Shown here piece by piece: positions 60,499 to 64,000 of a stretch of 64,000 nucleotides of DNA (within the stretch, counting starts at the first letter, position 1; each line of letters begins with the position of its first letter). Under the pieces are notes generated by a model that saw only the letters and a list, made by a program, of their open reading frames with translations, was not told where the DNA came from and searched no databases. Made by a program: the position numbers and the translations under genes. The DNA is taken from contig OU015566.1 in the NCBI GenBank assembly GCA_907165135.1, positions 10,044,001 to 10,108,000 on the forward strand. Direction: 5' to 3'. Source of the stretch: Oikopleura dioica. Taxonomy: Eukaryota; Animalia; Chordata.

Positions 60499-63219
60499 TC
60501 AGAGGTGTTTTTCAAGCAGTTTTGATTTCTTCAGATGAGCAGAAGGCATTTTCGTAAAATCCATCATTTTCAGCGTTTCTTTCATTTCCGTGAATTTTCC
60601 TTTTCTTCTGTCTGTTGCGTCGCTGATTGAGCTAAACGCGAAATCGAGGAATTCAAGATTTCTTTCGAGAAATTTCAGTTGTGAGCTGAAAGCGTCAAAA
60701 TTTTCCTTGTGAGCTTTTTTAGGTCAATCATAATTTCAGACACGTGGCAATAGTAATAATTTACGTCATTAAAAACTGAACCGGAAGCACTGTTGTATAT
60801 TTTTAACCCTTCCTGATCGTAAAATCGTCTTGGCAATAGGAAAATACTCATCAATGACTCTAGCATCCAGAAAATCGCCACTAGCCAAGAACAGCTGTTT
60901 CAAGACAGAAGGAACTTTGGCCGCTATTCTACAATCATTCAATTTCAACCTTCCCAAAAGTTGAGAGAACGCTTGTGCGGCAATCGGCAGCCTTTCGCTG
61001 TGGTCAACATGGGGGAGGAAGTGCCCTAGAATATCCATCGCAGAAATGGTAATTCTCGCCTCGAAGCCAAAACTTAACGTGGCCATGCAGCATTCACACA
61101 ATCGCTTTGAGGAGTTTTGGAAATTCGTTTCTTTCTGAGTCCGACTGAAATATTTTAAGCGGCAAGTCTACGTTGCCAACAAACCTTTTCTCTGCCAAAT
61201 CATTCAAATCCATCGTAACATCTTTCGGGCTTTTATGAAACCTAGCCAGTGCTCTCAGCGCTGAGTTTAGATTTGGAAGATCGTTTCCATTCGATTCTTC
61301 GATGAATCCAACGATTTCAGAAAACGCTGACGAAAGAATCGGGACTTTTTCTTCACTAGAATCGTCTAAAAGATCCAGCAGCGCGGAGAAAACTCGCGGA
61401 CTGGAAGGATAAAGAGATAGATGCTGGAGTTTTGCAAGTAGAGTTGACATCAGAGGATCGAGGAATTCTTCCAGGAGTTTTTTTATGCTCGAGTTTCTTA
61501 GGGCAGCGAGTTCTTTCAGCGATTTGAGTGCCAAGTTTGCGAGGACTGTATGTTCCGAAGCGCAGTAGAATATAATCGAGTACAGCAGCGCGCAGATGTC
61601 ATCGTCGTTGTCTTTCAGTAATTTGACTGCTTCGGATAAGAAATGAACGAAAAGAATGTTTTCTCCCAGTGTCGCCCTGTTTTGAACAGCCGAAACTTTC
61701 AGCCCATCGAAGACTTGGATGAGATTTTCGGGAGCTTCGGTCATCTGTTGCAAGAGAATCGCTCCAAGGAAGAAAGAAGAGCACGGTCGAATCGACGCTT
61801 CGTCCAGTAGAGCGTCAAAAATTTCTTCATGGAGGGAATCATGTAGGATTGTTTTGAGAATGTTCTTCAAGATAACTAGATCTTCCTCAGAGAAATGCTT
61901 GGGGGAGAATTTCGAGAGCTCCATGGCTACTGGTTTTTCTTCTGCGTCTTTCTGTGTGTAAACTTCTTCCTGATTTCTCAAGTTTCGGCATTCTGTAACG
62001 ACGATCGGTGGGAGAGTCGAAAAATCTGGTTCCATATCATTCAACAATTTTGAAATGAATGATTGAATGTCGATAATGAGTGACAGTTCTTCGCTTGAAA
62101 GTGAATCCAGTAGACCAGCACTGCAGCGAAGAATGAATGAAAAGTTTCCTTTTGAGAAGATGCTGCCGAACAAATCGAGATATTCGCTGCTCTTTGAGAT
62201 TCGTTCTTTCTTTGGCACGACCGAAATATCTTGAGGGTGGACGTTTTCGTATGATCGGCAGTAGCAGAGCAAATCGAAGAGATCTTTTTGGAATGCTTCT
62301 ATCAATGGATACAGCTCATTTCCCAAGGAACTTGCCTCGATCAAAACTGGTGGATCCTTGAAGCCGATGATTTTGGACAAAAGTGGAAGAATTGCTTTTG
62401 AAATTGCTTCTACGTGATTTTTATCGAGCTTTTCTGATGGCACTGATTTCAGAAAAGTAATGACGACTGTGCGGAGGAGACTGAGCCATGATTTGAATTC
62501 CTTTGAATTCAGGTTTCCGGGGCGCATCATTGTCTAATCAGAACTGTTTTGCATATGAATGTAGAGAAGGAAAGCTTACCTGAACTATGAAAGTGAACAA
62601 TCCAGGAAATATGGATTCGATGAGCTTCTTGTTTTCCTTCATCGCAAGCGTTTCAATCACATGATGGCAGTTATTCAAGATCGTTTTCGTCGATGACTTC
62701 TTCCCAAGAGATATTGTGTGAAAAATGACAGCAGATAAAAACTGGATTGCTTTTTCATCTTTTAGATCTTTCCTAAAATCTTTTTGAGATCAGAAATGCA
62801 TTGATAAATTACCTGTAAGCCTCAGAATCGGGGCACTGTATTGTAAAAAGAAATTTCAAATAGCTTGTGAGAGCTTCTATCACTGGTTCATCTTTTTGGC
62901 CGATCTTCTCGGAAAAGCTGGGAATCCAAGCAAAATGAGAAATAACTTCCCGGGGACTTTTGAATCGACACTTTTGAATCAAAGACGTGTAAAGTTCAAT
63001 GCTGTCCAAGACTATCGTCGATGATTGTGAATTCTGATTGATCACTGCTTGAAAGGGCTTATTATAAATGAAGGCTAGCTTCTCCGCTCCAAAATCTGAT
63101 GTTTCATTCACTTGCTTCAGCTTGAGCGATAATACTTTTGTAGAATGAAGAATTTCATCCTTTTCGTTTCTCTTTATCCCATCAAACAACCTCGCTAACT
63201 CAGAAAATATACCTTCCAT
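60499..63219 (-). CDS. TTI1: TELO2-interacting protein 1 (HEAT-repeat TTT complex subunit)
   Basis: LAKLQHLSLYPSSPRVFSALL and RLPIAAQAFSQLLGRL...LASGDFLDARVIDEYFP resemble conserved TTI1 blocks. A 40-nt intron explains the frame change near 61150-61190. Confidence 0.75.
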
Positions 63220-63562
63220 ACTAAAAAAGCACCTTGACTAAAACCCTAAACTCACCCATAAAACCCTGCCTGTGATTCAAAACGAGGCTTAAAACTATCG
63301 ATTGCTGGCTAAAACTCTTTGTAAAAGCCAGAAATGCTAGTCGGATCATGAAAATCGTAGAATTTTTATTGACATGATAGAATTTTAAAAGAACTATAAG
63401 TGCAAGAAATAGCATTTTGAATGTTGAAGAAAACTTTGGGAACACTTGCCAAAGCTAGTTTACAGTTAGGTTTACAGTTTGAAAGTCCTATTGTCACGAA
63501 AAACATATTTGCGGAGGGCATTTTTGATTGACGAAGAAGCAGCGATTTTCACTGCGAATATT

Positions 63563-64000
63563 CTATTGCCCGGAATCGCTGGACGATGAGGAAGTAGAAG
63601 ACGAATCACTGGAATGGGGTTGAGACTGGTGCGAAATTTTCGTTGTAACGCGGCGCATCATTTGACGATTTGAGCCCAGGAATGTTCCCACCGGGTAGTC
63701 TTTGCAAAGCTGGATGAAGCCGTCGTATTTTTTATTCAAATATTGAGACCAATCTAGATTTTATAATTATACTTGAATGGCGTCTGTTTGAATACCTTCT
63801 TGGGGGTAGTTGCTGAGACTGTGCGACGGAGAAGGTGAATTAGACAACTCCCTGGATAGATTTCTCATCATCCGTCTATCAGACGAGAGGAACAAAGTCC
63901 ATGGAATTTCTTTCGGCTGACTTTCTGATTCTACATGCTAACGAAAAGATTTTGATCGCAAGAAATGATTGTTTGGCATTACCGAAATTATATCGGCAGG
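63563..64000 (-). CDS. 3' exons of an unidentified gene running off the window edge
   Basis: EIPWTLFLSSDRRMMRNL...E|DWSQYLNKKYDGFIQLCKDYPVG...SDSGQ*, joined by a GT-AG intron. Confidence 0.55.

Noticed and set aside
61094-61190. Frameshift in TTI1
   Set aside because: Explained by a canonical 40-nt GT-AG intron.

Overview
Compact, intron-rich animal genomic DNA. Most introns are 40-50 nt, some are non-canonical (GC-AG, GG/GA-AG), and tightly spaced same-strand gene runs have splice acceptors just before the ATG. This fits the appendicularian tunicate Oikopleura; the species is inferred, not shown. Host genes: GCPII/NAALADase-like peptidase, CTH, a 61-aa CaaX micro-protein, a BMAL/cycle-type bHLH-PAS factor, anoctamin, NUDCD3, PPIL4, GLYCTK (with a nested antisense cystine-knot gene), an SGNH-hydrolase protein, ERICH2-like, ARIH2, Wnt11-like, TIGAR-like, TRMT5, TTI1 and several unknowns. 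Main highlight: a complete-looking 4,464-bp mini-Polinton/Maverick (19808-24271) with 290-bp TIRs, AGTAGT termini and a 6-bp TSD. It encodes only a major capsid protein (split by a 44-nt spliceosomal intron), a candidate penton, an integrase and a packaging ATPase, with no DNA polymerase or protease. Second highlight: a 4,015-bp non-autonomous hAT-type element (31195-35209) carrying ~50 copies of a 56-bp hairpin satellite. It is inserted exactly at the GLYCTK start codon and duplicates the ATG in its 8-bp TSD. All family calls are by motif recognition; no database searches were run.
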